Below are positions 1 to 12,955 of a stretch of DNA of 64,000 bases, piece by piece; the first letter of the stretch is position 1, and each line of letters starts with the position of its first letter. A model generated the notes under the pieces. The model was not told where the DNA came from. It made no database searches and was given only the letters and a program-made list of their open reading frames with translations. A program made the position numbers and the translations under genes. The stretch covers positions 620,001-684,000 of the forward strand of contig MCFH01000017.1 of the NCBI GenBank assembly GCA_002104945.1. Direction: 5' to 3'. This DNA is from Piromyces finnis finn. Lineage: Eukaryota > Fungi > Neocallimastigomycota.

Positions 1-1186
1 AACGATGTTCTTAGTGACTATTTAGACGATTTTGTTATCTCATATATTGACGATATTCTTATTTATTCTAAAGATTCGCCTGGAACTAACTTGAAGAAGA
101 TACTAGCACCTCAAATGCTTGGTCCATTTGAAATAATTAAAAAAGTTAGTTCTCTCGCTTTCAAATTGAAATTCCCAAAGACAATGAGATGTCATCCAGT
201 CTTTCATGTCTCATTGTTAGAATCATACTTTGAAAATGAATTTAACGATAGGTCTAATCGTAGGAAGAGAAATATTCACCTTAATACAAATTTGATTGAA
301 AAAATTCCAGAAAAAATTGAGAAAATGAAATCTATTAATGGTGAAACATTTTATAAGTTATCGTGGAAAGGATTTGACAAATCCACCTGGATTTCTGAAG
401 ATCAGATTCCAAACAAACAATTAATACAAGAGTTCGAAAGAAACTTTAAAAAGTCAAAACATAAGTCGAATGACTCCATGAAAATTAGAAAGAATAAAGT
501 TGGTAATTTAATTAAGCATAGATACCAACCATTTGTAATTGAAATTCCTTCGAGAAAAGATTCCCTATAAATTAATCTCAAAGGAGCTCGACTTAGAAAG
601 AGAGATTGTAAAGATATCAAACGCCTCAACTTGATTTCTTTAATGTAATTTAAGCCACAAGTATTATTGCTTAAGTTACACAATTTATATTACAGAAAAA
701 GAAAATGAGACATAATTTATTTATTAATAATTAAAGCTTAAAACAAAATAAATTAAATTTCTCAATTCAAACCCTTAGTTTTAGTATTGCTTTGTAATAG
801 AAATAGATATATAGTATATAATTATTAAATGATTAATATATAAATAATACATGGGCACATATTCAAATTGAATAGTACTTAATTTGAATTGCCTATTTAA
901 TTTTACTAAAATAGTTATAGCTAAAATATTTTATTAATAGTTAAGATTTTAGCATAGGTTTTAAATATTTTAAATATATAGTTATAATATAATATAAATG
1001 TATTTAGGAAAAATATAAATAGAAGATATTTTTCATCATTTTATTAATGTAATTGTTATTATTAAAAATTCTATTATAATAAAAGATATTTTTATAAAAT
1101 AATTTTTTTTTATTTTATTTTAAAATTTTAGTGTTATTGTAATAGAATAGATATCCTAATCTATTCTTTTAGTGTTCAACATTACA
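1..1186 (+). mobile_element. 3' end of a family-E Ty3/Gypsy element, internally deleted (RT YIDD region fused to integrase C-terminus/chromodomain), with PPT and complete 3' LTR
   Basis: 1-69 reads NDVLSDYLDDFVISYIDDILIYS (RT); from ~70 it is near-identical to 27310-28130; purine tract AGAAAGAGAGA precedes the LTR. Confidence 0.9.
607..1186 (+). repeat. Family-E LTR (580 bp, TGTAA...TTACA)
   Basis: Starts TGTAAAGATATC directly after PPT, ends CATTACA; homologous to 14821-15435 and 27846-28210. Confidence 0.9.
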
Positions 1187-1191
1187 AGAAC

Positions 1192-1437
1192 TCAATAGGG
1201 GGCTTTCTTCTCTAAGTCGACAAACCATTCGGCGGCGGTTCCTTCCAGGTAGCATCCCAAGATATCCAGCTTGTAGGCGTCGGTAGCATCTTCTTCTAAG
1301 TTATACTTGAAATACTTCTCCAGTCTTGCCAGGAAGTAAAGAAGTTCACTTCTTTTTCCTGAAAATCTTGGAGGTTTTGGGATGAGTTTTCCCCTGGTGT
1401 TAACGCTTTTACCAGTCTCATCCTCTATGCCCATCAT
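1192..1437 (-). pseudogene. N-terminal gag fragment of a family-D Gypsy element, cut by the family-E insertion
   Basis: PKPPRFSGKRSELLYFLARLE...YLEGTAAEW resembles Ty3/Gypsy gag N-terminus; leader, PBS (1927-1936) and LTR lie upstream on the minus strand. Confidence 0.75.
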
Positions 1438-1936
1438 GGAACTCGCCTCAGAATCTGCGTCACTGGCACCAGCTATTCCATCGTCACGGTTGTTTATTCT
1501 TAAATATAACTATTTCTATCCATTTTACTATTACTTAATAAACAACAAATTATTAACCAATAATTAATATCCCAATTATTATATTTACTCAATTTTATTT
1601 CTGTACTTATTTTAAACTTTTTTATTAATAACTAAAACCAAATAATGTATTATACTATTATTAACTAAACTAGTATTTTATATTATTACTATTTATTAAT
1701 TATTAACTATTAAACTATTTTAACAACAAAATTATTCTATACCAAATAATTTTAAAATACCCTGAAATTAACTAAAATTAATTTCTAACAACAAAAAAAA
1801 AATTTTTTTAATATTATTTTGAAATCCCCGAATTTAAATCTATTATTAAATTCTCGCTATAATTAATAATTTTTTTTACTATCACTATTACTACTTGTAT
1901 ACAAAGGTGAACTTTTATACTATCAAGTTAGAAAAT

Positions 1937-2167
1937 TGTAAAATAAACTATTCTAGTTCAGGTTTGTATACACTAACTAAACTAAACACTAATTAAATTA
2001 TAAATTACTTTTAATTATTAAACTTTATTTATTTATTAAATTAATCTAACTAAAACAACCGTTGATTACTTTACCGTGAAGGTTATTTTACCAGAGCCCT
2101 CACTAGGTAATCGATTTATATTTACTTAAAACTAAAATTAACAATCTAAACTATTTATTAACTAATG
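1937..2167 (-). repeat. Partial family-D LTR (U5 side), interrupted by a family-C LTR
   Basis: Shares AGTTCAGGTTTGTATACAC and CAACCGTTGATTACTTTACCGTGAAGG...CCAGAGCCCTCACTAGG with 11218-11450. Confidence 0.8.
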
Positions 2168-3718
2168 TGTAACGAATCTATAAATGTAATAATTCCATTA
2201 TAAATTATTATATAATAGAATTATTAACTACAATTTATTGATAAATTGAGAATAAAAAGAAAATAAATATTAATACTTATCTTTAAGTTCGAGTTTATTA
2301 TAAGAGTAGAAATAATTTTACACTTTAATAAGTTAATATGTATTATTATAACTAAGTTAAGTAAAATAAAATTAAAAAACGCTTTTATTATTATAATTTG
2401 TTTCTTATAATAATAACTCTTGATTCCTTAGAAGAGAATCAAGAGTCTTTATTTATATTATTTAATAAATTTAAAGTTTAAATTAAAATTTTATCTAATC
2501 TTAACAAAATAATTTTTTGTTTAGGAAAAGATTAGAAGAAAAACCTAAACAAAGTTCGATCAACATTCTATACATATTGATCATCGTATATTTTAAGTAA
2601 AACCAATTATTTTAGAAATTGGAAAAAACCTTAAAATATCGATTCCTAAACAATGAATAATTATTTTAAAGTAATTAATTAAATAAATAATTAAATATAT
2701 TTGATAAAAATATAAAGTTAAATAAAAGTAATTAATTAAATTAATTAATTAAATGAATAAATATAATTAATATAAATATAAAGTTAAATAAAAGTAATTA
2801 ATTAAATTAATTAATTAAATGCATAAATATAATTAATAAAAATATTAAATAAAATATTAATGAATAATATAATTAAATGGCTAAATGTAATTTAAGATAT
2901 TAAAATTAAGTGAAAATAAATAATTAAAATAAATTTAAATGAGAATAATTATTTAAATAAACTAATATTAATAACATTAATTAATGATTAATAATTAATG
3001 TTTTTAACTAAGAAATATTAATTATGTATTAAATAATTATTATTTCTTACAATAAAATGATATAATTTGATAATAATCTTAATTTTGAATTTTACTTCAA
3101 AAAGTGATTATTATATTATATCTTTTGTTATAACTATATAAGTTATATTGATTAAGATTTAAAATCGTTTTTATAAAAATTAATAAAATTGTTTTGTTAA
3201 AACACTAAATTGTTTTATTAGAAACACTTGTTTTCCTAATATTTAAATATTTAAAATTTTATTTATTTAATTATAAAAGTGATTATTAAAATTATAAAAT
3301 ATTAATCTAACTATATAATATTTCTTTATTAATAATAATAATAATGATTAAAATAAGAATATTTACATGTATTTATATTTTCTTTTGAATTTAAACTATT
3401 TACATTAAAACAATAAAATTAATAACTATTTACAATAAAAGTAATAAAAGTAATTAGAAATAACAATGAAAGAAATGATTAAAAGTTAAAGAATATAAAA
3501 AGTTGCTTATTTTACAATTAATTAAAGTAATAATTATTTTTAATGTTTTAATAAAGGTGTTTAATTATATTATTTTATAACATGAATTATTATATTTGTT
3601 TACTTTTAAAGTGTAATTTACTAACGAAGTTATTTAATATTTAATTTAACAATTAATTTAACAAAAGTTATATATTTTGATCTCGATTAATTAAAGTTTA
3701 TTATTTTCTTTCAATAAT
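2168..3718 (+). repeat. Partial family-C LTR (long-U3 type) carrying a nested family-B solo LTR
   Basis: Starts TGTAACGAAT; 3052-3718 matches the reverse complement of ~12060-12770. Confidence 0.8.
2185..3051 (-). repeat. Family-B solo LTR (867 bp), TSD ATAAA
   Basis: TGTAA...TTACA ends; ATAAA on both sides; reverse complement of 3872-4738. Confidence 0.9.
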
Positions 3719-3871
3719 CAAAATATATGCAGTGTTTAGGATTAATTTTATTTAAGAATTTTGGTAAAGTACTTAATTAAACTATAACTTGTTTTAAGTT
3801 ACTTTTAGGGTTAACTTAAAAATCATGTATAATAATAATTTTATATTTATTAATTTCATTATTTATCAAAA

Positions 3872-4738
3872 TGTAAGAAATAATAATTATTTAATACATA
3901 ATTAATATTTCTTAGTTAAAAACATTAATTATTAATCATTAATTAATGTTATTAATATTAGTTTATTTAAATAATTATTCTCATTTAAATTTATTTTAAT
4001 TATTTATTTTCACTTAATTTTAATATCTTAAATTACATTTAGCCATTTAATTATATTATTCATTAATATTTTATTTAATATTTTTATTAATTATATTTAT
4101 GCATTTAATTAATTAATTTAATTAATTACTTTTATTTAACTTTATATTTATATTAATTATATTTATTCATTTAATTAATTAATTTAATTAATTACTTTTA
4201 TTTAACTTTATATTTTTATCAAATATATTTAATTATTTATTTAATTAATTACTTTAAAATAATTATTCATTGTTTAGGAATCGATATTTTAAGGTTTTTT
4301 CCAATTTCTAAAATAATTGGTTTTACTTAAAATATACGATGATCAATATGTATAGAATGTTGATCGAACTTTGTTTAGGTTTTTCTTCTAATCTTTTCCT
4401 AAACAAAAAATTATTTTGTTAAGATTAGATAAAATTTTAATTTAAACTTTAAATTTATTAAATAATATAAATAAAGACTCTTGATTCTCTTCTAAGGAAT
4501 CAAGAGTTATTATTATAAGAAACAAATTATAATAATAAAAGCGTTTTTTAATTTTATTTTACTTAACTTAGTTATAATAATACATATTAACTTATTAAAG
4601 TGTAAAATTATTTCTACTCTTATAATAAACTCGAACTTAAAGATAAGTATTAATATTTATTTTCTTTTTATTCTCAATTTATCAATAAATTGTAGTTAAT
4701 AATTCTATTATATAATAATTTATAATGGAATTATTACA
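3872..4738 (+). repeat. Family-B solo LTR (867 bp), TSD CAAAA
   Basis: TGTAAG...ATTACA ends; CAAAA on both sides; TATA box followed by CTCTTGATTC/GAATCAAGAG hairpin. Confidence 0.9.
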
Positions 4739-4743
4739 CAAAA

Positions 4744-5511
4744 TGTAAGAATAAATACTTATTATTTATTCTTAGTATTAAACATTACAAATAATTTATT
4801 TAGTTAATAATCATTAATCCATTAGATTATATTAATATATTTATTTATTATTATAGTTATTTGTTAAGTTAAATATTGTAAATATTTATTTAGTTAATAA
4901 TTATTTATTCGCTATATTAGATTAATTAATTTATTTAATTATGTATTTATACATTCATTTATATATATACTTGTATTATAAAAGATAAAACACATACTAA
5001 TTACATTAATAATATTATACAACTATATATTAGTATGTAATAGGAAATCGGATATTAAGGTTTTACCCGTTATCAACGGTTTTACTTAATATTACGATGA
5101 TTGGTATGATTAGAATATCAATCAAATAAATTTTTAGGTTTTTCTTCTAGTCTTTTCCTAAAAAGATTCTTGTTAAGATTAGAATGTTCTTAGAAATTTT
5201 AATTTAATAGAATAAAACATATAAATAGTACTCTTGAGTTCGATTTGAGAAATCAAGAGTTATTATTATAAGATTAATTATAATAAATAACTTTATACAA
5301 AATAATAAGTAATAAAATAAATATTAAAAAAACTATTAAATACACAAAATAATTCTGATACATTTGGTTTTGTTTATTATAATTTCTTATAATAAACTCA
5401 TTAAGTTAAGTTTCTAATTTTACCTTTATTTTCACATTTTAATAATAGTTTATATTATTAATTTAAAGCTAATAATTATTATTATATAATAAATATAATA
5501 TAATTATTACA
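4744..5511 (+). repeat. Diverged family-B solo LTR (768 bp), TSD CAAAA
   Basis: TGTAAG...ATTACA ends; internal blocks homologous to 3872-4738; CAAAA on both sides. Confidence 0.8.
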
Positions 5512-5562
5512 CAAAAATTGATAAATAATTAAATTTATAAATTATGAATTTATAATAATAAT

Positions 5563-5565
<3 letters not shown>

Positions 5566-5638
<73 letters not shown>
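5566..5638. repeat. (AAT)n microsatellite
   Basis: Perfect trinucleotide run. Confidence 0.95.
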
Positions 5639-6169
5639 TTAAAACACAGATAGTTGAAAATTAAAATAATTAACATGTATAAAATTATTAAATTAAAAAC
5701 TATAAATGTAAACTTTTTGTCTATTTAATTGTTTATTTATTTTTAAATTAAATAGTTTATATTTGTTTATAATTATACTTTAAAATAATAATTTTGTATA
5801 AATAGTGATAGAATTATTTTATTTTAAAAGATGTTCCTAATAATCCAGTAAAATTAGATAATAATATTAAATTTTATTAAAATAATAGTTGTGATTATAT
5901 TTACATACATTCAAGATGTATTAAACCATAACATATATATATTTAATAATACAAGAGCTATTAAATATTAAAACTTTATAATTAAATAAAATAATTTTAT
6001 ATTTTAAACTAACAAAGACTTGCAAATGAACAAGTATAAAAATCATTTATTCTATTTTTATTTTCTTATTTATTTTTATTTATTAAATTTTAGATACAAA
6101 TATTATCACTTTCTATATTCATTTATAGAATTAAGATAATATTTTTCTTCGTATCAAAATAGTTAAATA

Positions 6170-6678
6170 GCTATATTGGTTCAATAGTCAAAACTAGAAT
6201 TATCAATTTGAACATTCTGGGTTCGACTCAACCAATTTTGTAAATAATTTTTATTATTACAAAATATAAATACATTAATGTAGCAATTATTGTAGTTCTA
6301 GAATTTTTATCAATTAATTTAAAGAACTCAAGAATTTTCTAAAAAATTAAAAAAAAAAAAAAAATTAATTATTCTATTTTTCTATTTTTATATAATGGAA
6401 TTAATTCTTAGAAATTCTAAAAATTTTTATAAAAAGTATAAATACGAGTGAATTTTTCAGCAAAAAAAATTTTCTTCGTGTTTTTATTAATTAGAAATAA
6501 GTAATTTAAAATATTACAAATACTAATTTATAAATAAAATTAATTTTCCGATTTTTATTAATAAAAAATTATTTTCTAAAAAAACAAATTACTTATTTTA
6601 GTGTATACCTATTGTGGTAAAATTTAGTTTTTATTGATAAACTAATAATATTATTATTTATCTAATAAAAACATTACA
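6170..6678 (+). repeat. Family-C-type 5' LTR (left edge unresolved)
   Basis: TATAAATACGAGTG motif shared with 16159 LTR; ends ATTACA and is followed by PBS ATAAAAACAC. Confidence 0.75.
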
Positions 6679-6719
6679 ATAAAAACACCTTTCAAAATAA
6701 CGCAATACCTATACACTAA

Positions 6720-6845
6720 ATACTACCCCCTTAGAACTATACTCTCTTGGAACTCTACCCTCTTAGAATACTACTCTCTTAGAACTATACTCTTGGAACT
6801 CTACCCTCTTAGAACTCTACCCTTTTGGAATTCTACCCTCTAGGA
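6720..6845 (+). repeat. Degenerate ~16-bp tandem repeats in the element leader
   Basis: Repeated (T)AGAACTCTACCCTCT-like units just before gag; similar array at 14655-14790. Confidence 0.75.
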
Positions 6846-6866
6846 AATAATTTATATTAGTAAAAA

Positions 6867-9800
6867 ATGGAAGAAGAAAATATAAATAATGCTACCTTCA
6901 AAGATGGTTTTGCTGGAGACCGTCGTTACTTCAAAGGGTTTTTAGCAAAAACCGAGTTACTATTCATGATTTATCCTGAAAAATTCGAAGATGATAATAA
7001 CAAAATTTTATATATTATATCTCGACTTTATGGAACTGCTATGAATTGGGCTGCTACCCTGATGAATAACTATGATCATTGCCTAAATGATTACGAAGCG
7101 TTTGTCGGAAGGTTAAAAGCTATGTATGGAAATCATGACGCTGCCTTTGTTGATAATCAAAAATTAAGAACTATAAAGCAACGCAGACTGGGGGATATTA
7201 GAAACTATATTTTGGAATTTAATAGCTATGCTGACGAGTCTTCATGGAACGAAGAAGCAAAAATGGACTCTTTTTTAGCAGGTCTAAATGAACAAATAGC
7301 TACTAGAATCTTGGAAATGTTCCCTGGACCTCAATCTCTCGTTGCCATGCAAACAATTGCATCAAGAATAGATTGCCGCCTCTCAACCCATAAGCAATTT
7401 TTCCATAATCAAGGCCGGAATAATATGAATTCTAACAATGTCAACAGGAAACCTACGTTCAATAGAAAATCTTTCAATACAAGTAAGCCTCGTGGACCTT
7501 TATCTAAAGAAGAAAAAGATAGAAGAAGAGCCGAAAATCTATGTCTCTACTGTGGATCAGACGAACATCTTTTAGACAAATGCCCACTTAAGAATAGGAA
7601 TAAAGCCCCCTCAAGTAGTACACATATAACCAACCCTGAACCAACTTTTACCCCAAGACCAAGGATTTCAGATATAGCTAACGTCAATTTACCTATTTAC
7701 CAATTCGATATGTTAGTATCAAACATTTCTACCAAAGCGAAAATGCTGCTGGATTCAGGTTCTCAGTTAAATTTAATTGATATAGTCTTCGTCAAGGAAA
7801 AAAATATTCCCTACTTCAAAGAAACCAACCTTCCCAAAGTGTCTGGAATTGGAGGAAATCAACCAATACTAGGAAAAACACTTCCAATCTCGATCAGTTA
7901 TGAAAACCATAAATGTCCTGTGGAATTTTACGTCGTGGATCTCCCCTCATATTGCGCTATTCTTGGAACAGAATGGTTGAGTATTCACAATCCAACTATT
8001 AATTTCTCCATAAAAGAATTAACCTTTAATTCTAAACATTGTATCTCAAGTTGCTTAATTATCCCAAGCACATTTACTGCTTTTGTCACTCCAGAGAAAT
8101 CAAATTTGAAGGAAAGCATTGAACCAAAAACTGATAATAAAATTCAAGAGCTATTACCAGCTAAACTTCTTCCATTTAAGGATGTTTTTGATGAAGGATC
8201 TGCCAATAAGTTGCCGCCTCATAGGCCATACGATTGCGAAATCAAATTGCAATCAGACTCCAAGCTATTTTACGGGCCAATTTATCCGTTAACTGAGAAA
8301 GAGTCAAATGCACTTAAGGATTACATTGAAGAAAACCTCTCTAAGGGATTCATCAGGAAATCAAAATCTCCAGCTGGAGCGCCGGTACTTTTCGTACCAA
8401 AGAAGAACGGAGAACTAAGAATGTGTGTAGATTACCGCCGCCTAAATGATATTACAATTCGGGACTCCTACCCACTCCCTTTAATAAATGATATGTTAGA
8501 ACATCTAGGAAAGAGTAAAATATTTTCAAAACTCGATCTCCGATCTGCCTATAATCTTATAAGAATAAAGGAAGGAAACAAGTATAAAACAGCTTTTACA
8601 TGTAAGTTCGGACATTTCGAGTATTTAGTAATGCCTTTTGGGTTGAAAAACGCCCCAGCCGTTTTCCAACATTTTATCAACGATGTCCTTGAAGATATTT
8701 TAGGAAAATTTGTATACAGCTATATTGATGATATTATAGTTTTCTCCAATGACGCCTCTGCTCATTTTAAGCACTTATCAGAAGTTTTAAAAAGACTTCG
8801 AGAAGCCGGCCTATTTGCAAAACTAGAAAAATGTGAGTTTTTCAGTCCCTTCCTTGATTTTCTTGGTAACCGAATATCAGCCGATGGAATACTTATGGAT
8901 CCGAAGAAAATCTCTACTATTTTAGAATGGCCTATTCCAACTAATGTTAAGGAGTTACAACAATTCTTGGGTTTGGCTAATTATTATCGCCGATTTATTT
9001 CAGGTTACGCGAAGATTGTCCATCCCCTTAATAATCTCTTAAGAAAAAATGTAAAATTTAAAGTATCCGGTGATGCCTTAGTCTCGTTTAACACAATAAA
9101 AGCAAAATTCACCTCCGCACCTATTTTGGCTTACCCTAATAGAGACCTTCCTTTTATGGTAGAAACCGATAGTAGTAATTTCGCTATTGGGGCCATACTT
9201 TCTCAGACATCACCAACTGATAATATTACTCATGCAGTAGCTTTCTATTCAAGATCTCTAACACCTGCTGAACGCAATTATTCCATTTATGATAAAGAAC
9301 TCTTGGCCATCGTGGACTCACTCGAGCACTGGAGACACTTTTTGAAAGGAACGGAAACCCCATTTAAAATTTTCTCTGACCATCGCAATTTTCTTTACCA
9401 GAAGAAACCAGAGAAAATGACACAAAGACTTGTGCGTTGGTCTTTGTTTTTATCAGAATTTAATTTTAAAATAGTCTATCGTCCAGGATATTCTAATGGA
9501 AAAGCCGATACTTTATCTCGTCGTTCAGATTACGTTATTTCTAATGATTCTTCTTCCTCTGATATACCATTTTCAGTTCTTAGACCTGAAAACTTTTGTG
9601 CTATTATCACAACGGTTTCCTCCTTAAATGAACAAATTTTATCAGGATACAAAAATGATGAATTTTATAATGATATTTGAAATCAACTTAACTCACCCAT
9701 AATGAAAAACAAATCATCTAAGGTTAAAGGTAAGAATTTCTCAATTAACAATAGTTTTTTACTTTTTAAAAATAGGATTTATGTTCCTCCTGCCTGCCGA

Positions 9801-11069
9801 CCATCTGTACTGAATATTTGCCATGATTCCCCTTCCGCTGGACACTTCGGCATCAGGAAAACTACTTCTTTGATCTATCGTGACTTTTGGTGGCCCTCCA
9901 TGATTACTGATATTAAGGACTATATCCGATCTTGCGATACTTGTTCCCGATCCAAAGATTTTAGACATAAACCTTACGGCTTCCTTAACCCTCTTAATCT
10001 TCCATCAGTCCCCTGGGTATCTCTTTCTATGGATTTTATAACCGATCTTCCTTTGTCTAATGGATTTACTTGTATACTGGTTGTTCTCGATCGCTTCACC
10101 AAAATGGGTCATTTTATTGCTTTCCCAAACGTTCCTTCCGCCGTTGATACCGCTTCCGCTTTTATGAAACATGTATTTAAACTTCATGGTTTACCAAATG
10201 AAATTCTTTCTGATAGAGGTGCCCAATTCACCTCTAAATTCTGGACTGCTATTTGCAATACTCTCAATATAACTATGAAGTTAGCTTCCCCTTTTCACCA
10301 CCAAACCAACGGTTTAACGGAGAGGGTTAACTCCGTTGTGGAGCAATATTTAAGATGCTATACTAACTATAAAGGTAATGATTGGAATGATTACTTATAC
10401 TTAGCCGAATTCAGTTATAATAATGCTACTCAGGAATCTTTGAAACATTCCCCCTTTTATTCAAATTATGGTTATAATCCTAGGTTCTCACCAACTATAC
10501 CAAGTAATACCGATGTACCAAGAGCAAGTGATTTTACTAAGGATCTTTCCGAATTAGCTAAAGAACTTCAAAAGAACTTAGAACATGCAACTGAAAAACA
10601 AGAAAATTTTGCAAATAGGTACAGAACGGAAGCTCCAGAATTTAAGAAAAATGACAAAGTTTGGATCAATAGCTCACTAATTATTCATGATGGAAATAAG
10701 AAACTGAAACCAAGAAGACTTGGACCCTACAAAGTAGTAGAAAAGATATCTAAAGTGTCGTATAAAATTGATCTCCCTCCAAGTATTAGGATCCATCCTA
10801 TTATTCATGTAGCCGAGCTTGAACCGTATTATGCAGATAAGTTTGGAAGAAACAAGAAACCTCCACCACCAATAATAATTTATAACGAAGAGCAATACGA
10901 AGTTGAAAAAATTCTTGACAAAAGGAAACACTACGGTAAGATCCAGTACCTTATCCAATGGAAAGGGTATCCACTTTCAGAAGCCTCATGGGAGCCAGAA
11001 GAAAACCTAAATTGTCCAGAATTACTTGAAGAATTTAATAAATTAAAAAAAATATATATATATATATAA
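6867..11069 (+). pseudogene. Chromovirus gag-pol polyprotein with one in-frame TGA at 9678-9680
   Basis: CLYCGSDEHLLDKC knuckle, LLDSG protease, YIDD RT, TDSS RNase H, HHCC/DDE integrase, chromodomain [25 protein letters not shown]; the two listed ORFs are in the same frame. Confidence 0.95.
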
Positions 11070-11217
11070 CTTTCATGTATTTATTATAATAATGTAAAAG
11101 AAAATTCACTCATTTAAAAAGTTATAGTAATTAATTGAAATTAAATAATTTAAATAAACTTTAATTGGAAATTTGTAAAAGATTCGTCTGGAATCCGAAT
11201 CATAGAGGAGGACCATG

Positions 11218-12952
11218 TGTAAAATATTCTAAACTAAGTTCAGGTTTGTATACACTCAATATTCTAAACTACACTTTAAATTATTTTTAATTTTTTATAT
11301 TTTATTTATTAAATTATTTTAAAATAACTAAACTAAAACAACCGTTGATTACTTTACCGTGAAGGATATTTTTACCAGAGCCCTCACTAGGTAATCAATA
11401 TTTATTATAAAAAAAAAAACAACTAAACTAATTATAAACTAATGTTAATTTATCTAAACAAAATTAACCTATACGATTTTCCAACTATCGTTTCAATAGT
11501 TGAAAAATTTTCTTTATTTATACTTTTTAAATAAATTGAATAAATTCTAATATACATATTTTAATATTATAATTTTACATTGTTTACATTTATACATTTA
11601 TTAAAAGAAATTATTTGTATTAAACTATTTAAATTCAATTTATTTACTAAAGAATTTTCTAAACCTAAAATAAAGTTTTGATTTATTTACTATATGGTTG
11701 ATTATATTTCAAACATATATTTAATTTATTTATTTCTAATTTTGAGGCTTAGTTTATAAAAAAATTTTTTTATTATCTAAAATATTTATTGGTTAAAAAT
11801 TATTTAATTTAAAATTTTATTTTATCATTGTAAATTGTAAAGAAATGTGTTCTTAACAATAAAAGAAATTTATAATAATTTACTAAAATAACTTAGTAAA
11901 TATAAAACACTTTTAATTACTGTTAATTATTAATATTTAAAATTATTATTAAAAACACACAATCTCTAACTTAATAGGTTAGTGTTTAACAATAATTTAT
12001 TAATTAATAAAAACTCAATTTTCTTAAATTATTTAGAAAAATTCACTCGTATTTATATAAATTATTGAAAGAAAATAATAAACTTTAATTAATCGAGATC
12101 AAAATATATAACTTTTGTTAAATTAATTGTTAAATTAAATATTTAATAATTTCTTTAGTAAATTACACTTTAAAAGTAAACAAATATAATAATTCATGTT
12201 ATAAAATAATATAATTAAACACTTTTATTAAAATATTAAAAATAATTATTACTTTAATTAATTGTAAAATAAACAACTTTATATATTCTTTAACTTTTAA
12301 TTATTTCTTTTATTGTTATTTTTAATTACTTTTATTACTTTTATTGTAAATAATTATTAATTTTATTATTTTAATGTAAATAGTTTAAACTTAAAAGAAA
12401 ATATAAATACATGTAAATATTCTTATTTTAATCATTATTATTATTATTAATAAAGAAATATTATATAGTTTAATTGATATTTTTATAATTTTAATAATCA
12501 CTTTTATAATTAAATGAATAAAATTTTAAATAATTAAATATTAGAAAAACGAGTGTTTCTAATAAAACAATTTAGTGTTTTTAATAAAACAACTTTATTA
12601 ATTTTTATAAAAACAATTTTAAATTCTAATCCATATAACTTATATAGTTATAACAAAAGATATAATATAATAATCACTTTTTGAAATATAGTTATACTCA
12701 AAGATATAATATAATAATCACTTTTTGAAGTAAAATTCAAAATTAAGATTATTATCAAATTATATCATTCGTTACAATCATCAAAAACTTTATCTTATCA
12801 AAAAATTAAATTTTACATAAATTTATGTTAATGTATTGTAATACATTATCTTATCATAAATTTAGATTTCACATAGATTTATGTTAATGTATTGTGATGT
12901 AAATATTTGTAATACGTATTAATACATTATTCTATTAATACAATATTTTACA
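11218..12952 (-). repeat. Family-D solo LTR with nested family-C solo LTR; imperfect TSD CCATG/CAATG
   Basis: 10-bp terminal inverted repeat TGTAAAATAT...ATATTTTACA; homology to 1937-2167. Confidence 0.8.
11829..12776 (-). repeat. Family-C solo LTR (long-U3 type), TSD ATCAT
   Basis: On the minus strand starts TGTAACGAAT; R/U5 nearly identical to the 16159 LTR; ATCAT on both sides; extra 7-bp terminal duplication. Confidence 0.85.
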
Positions 12953-12955
12953 CAA

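Noticed and set aside
2185-4738. DNA transposon or foldback element with 867-bp TIRs
   Set aside because: Each arm has its own TG...CA ends and its own TSD, so these are two solo LTRs
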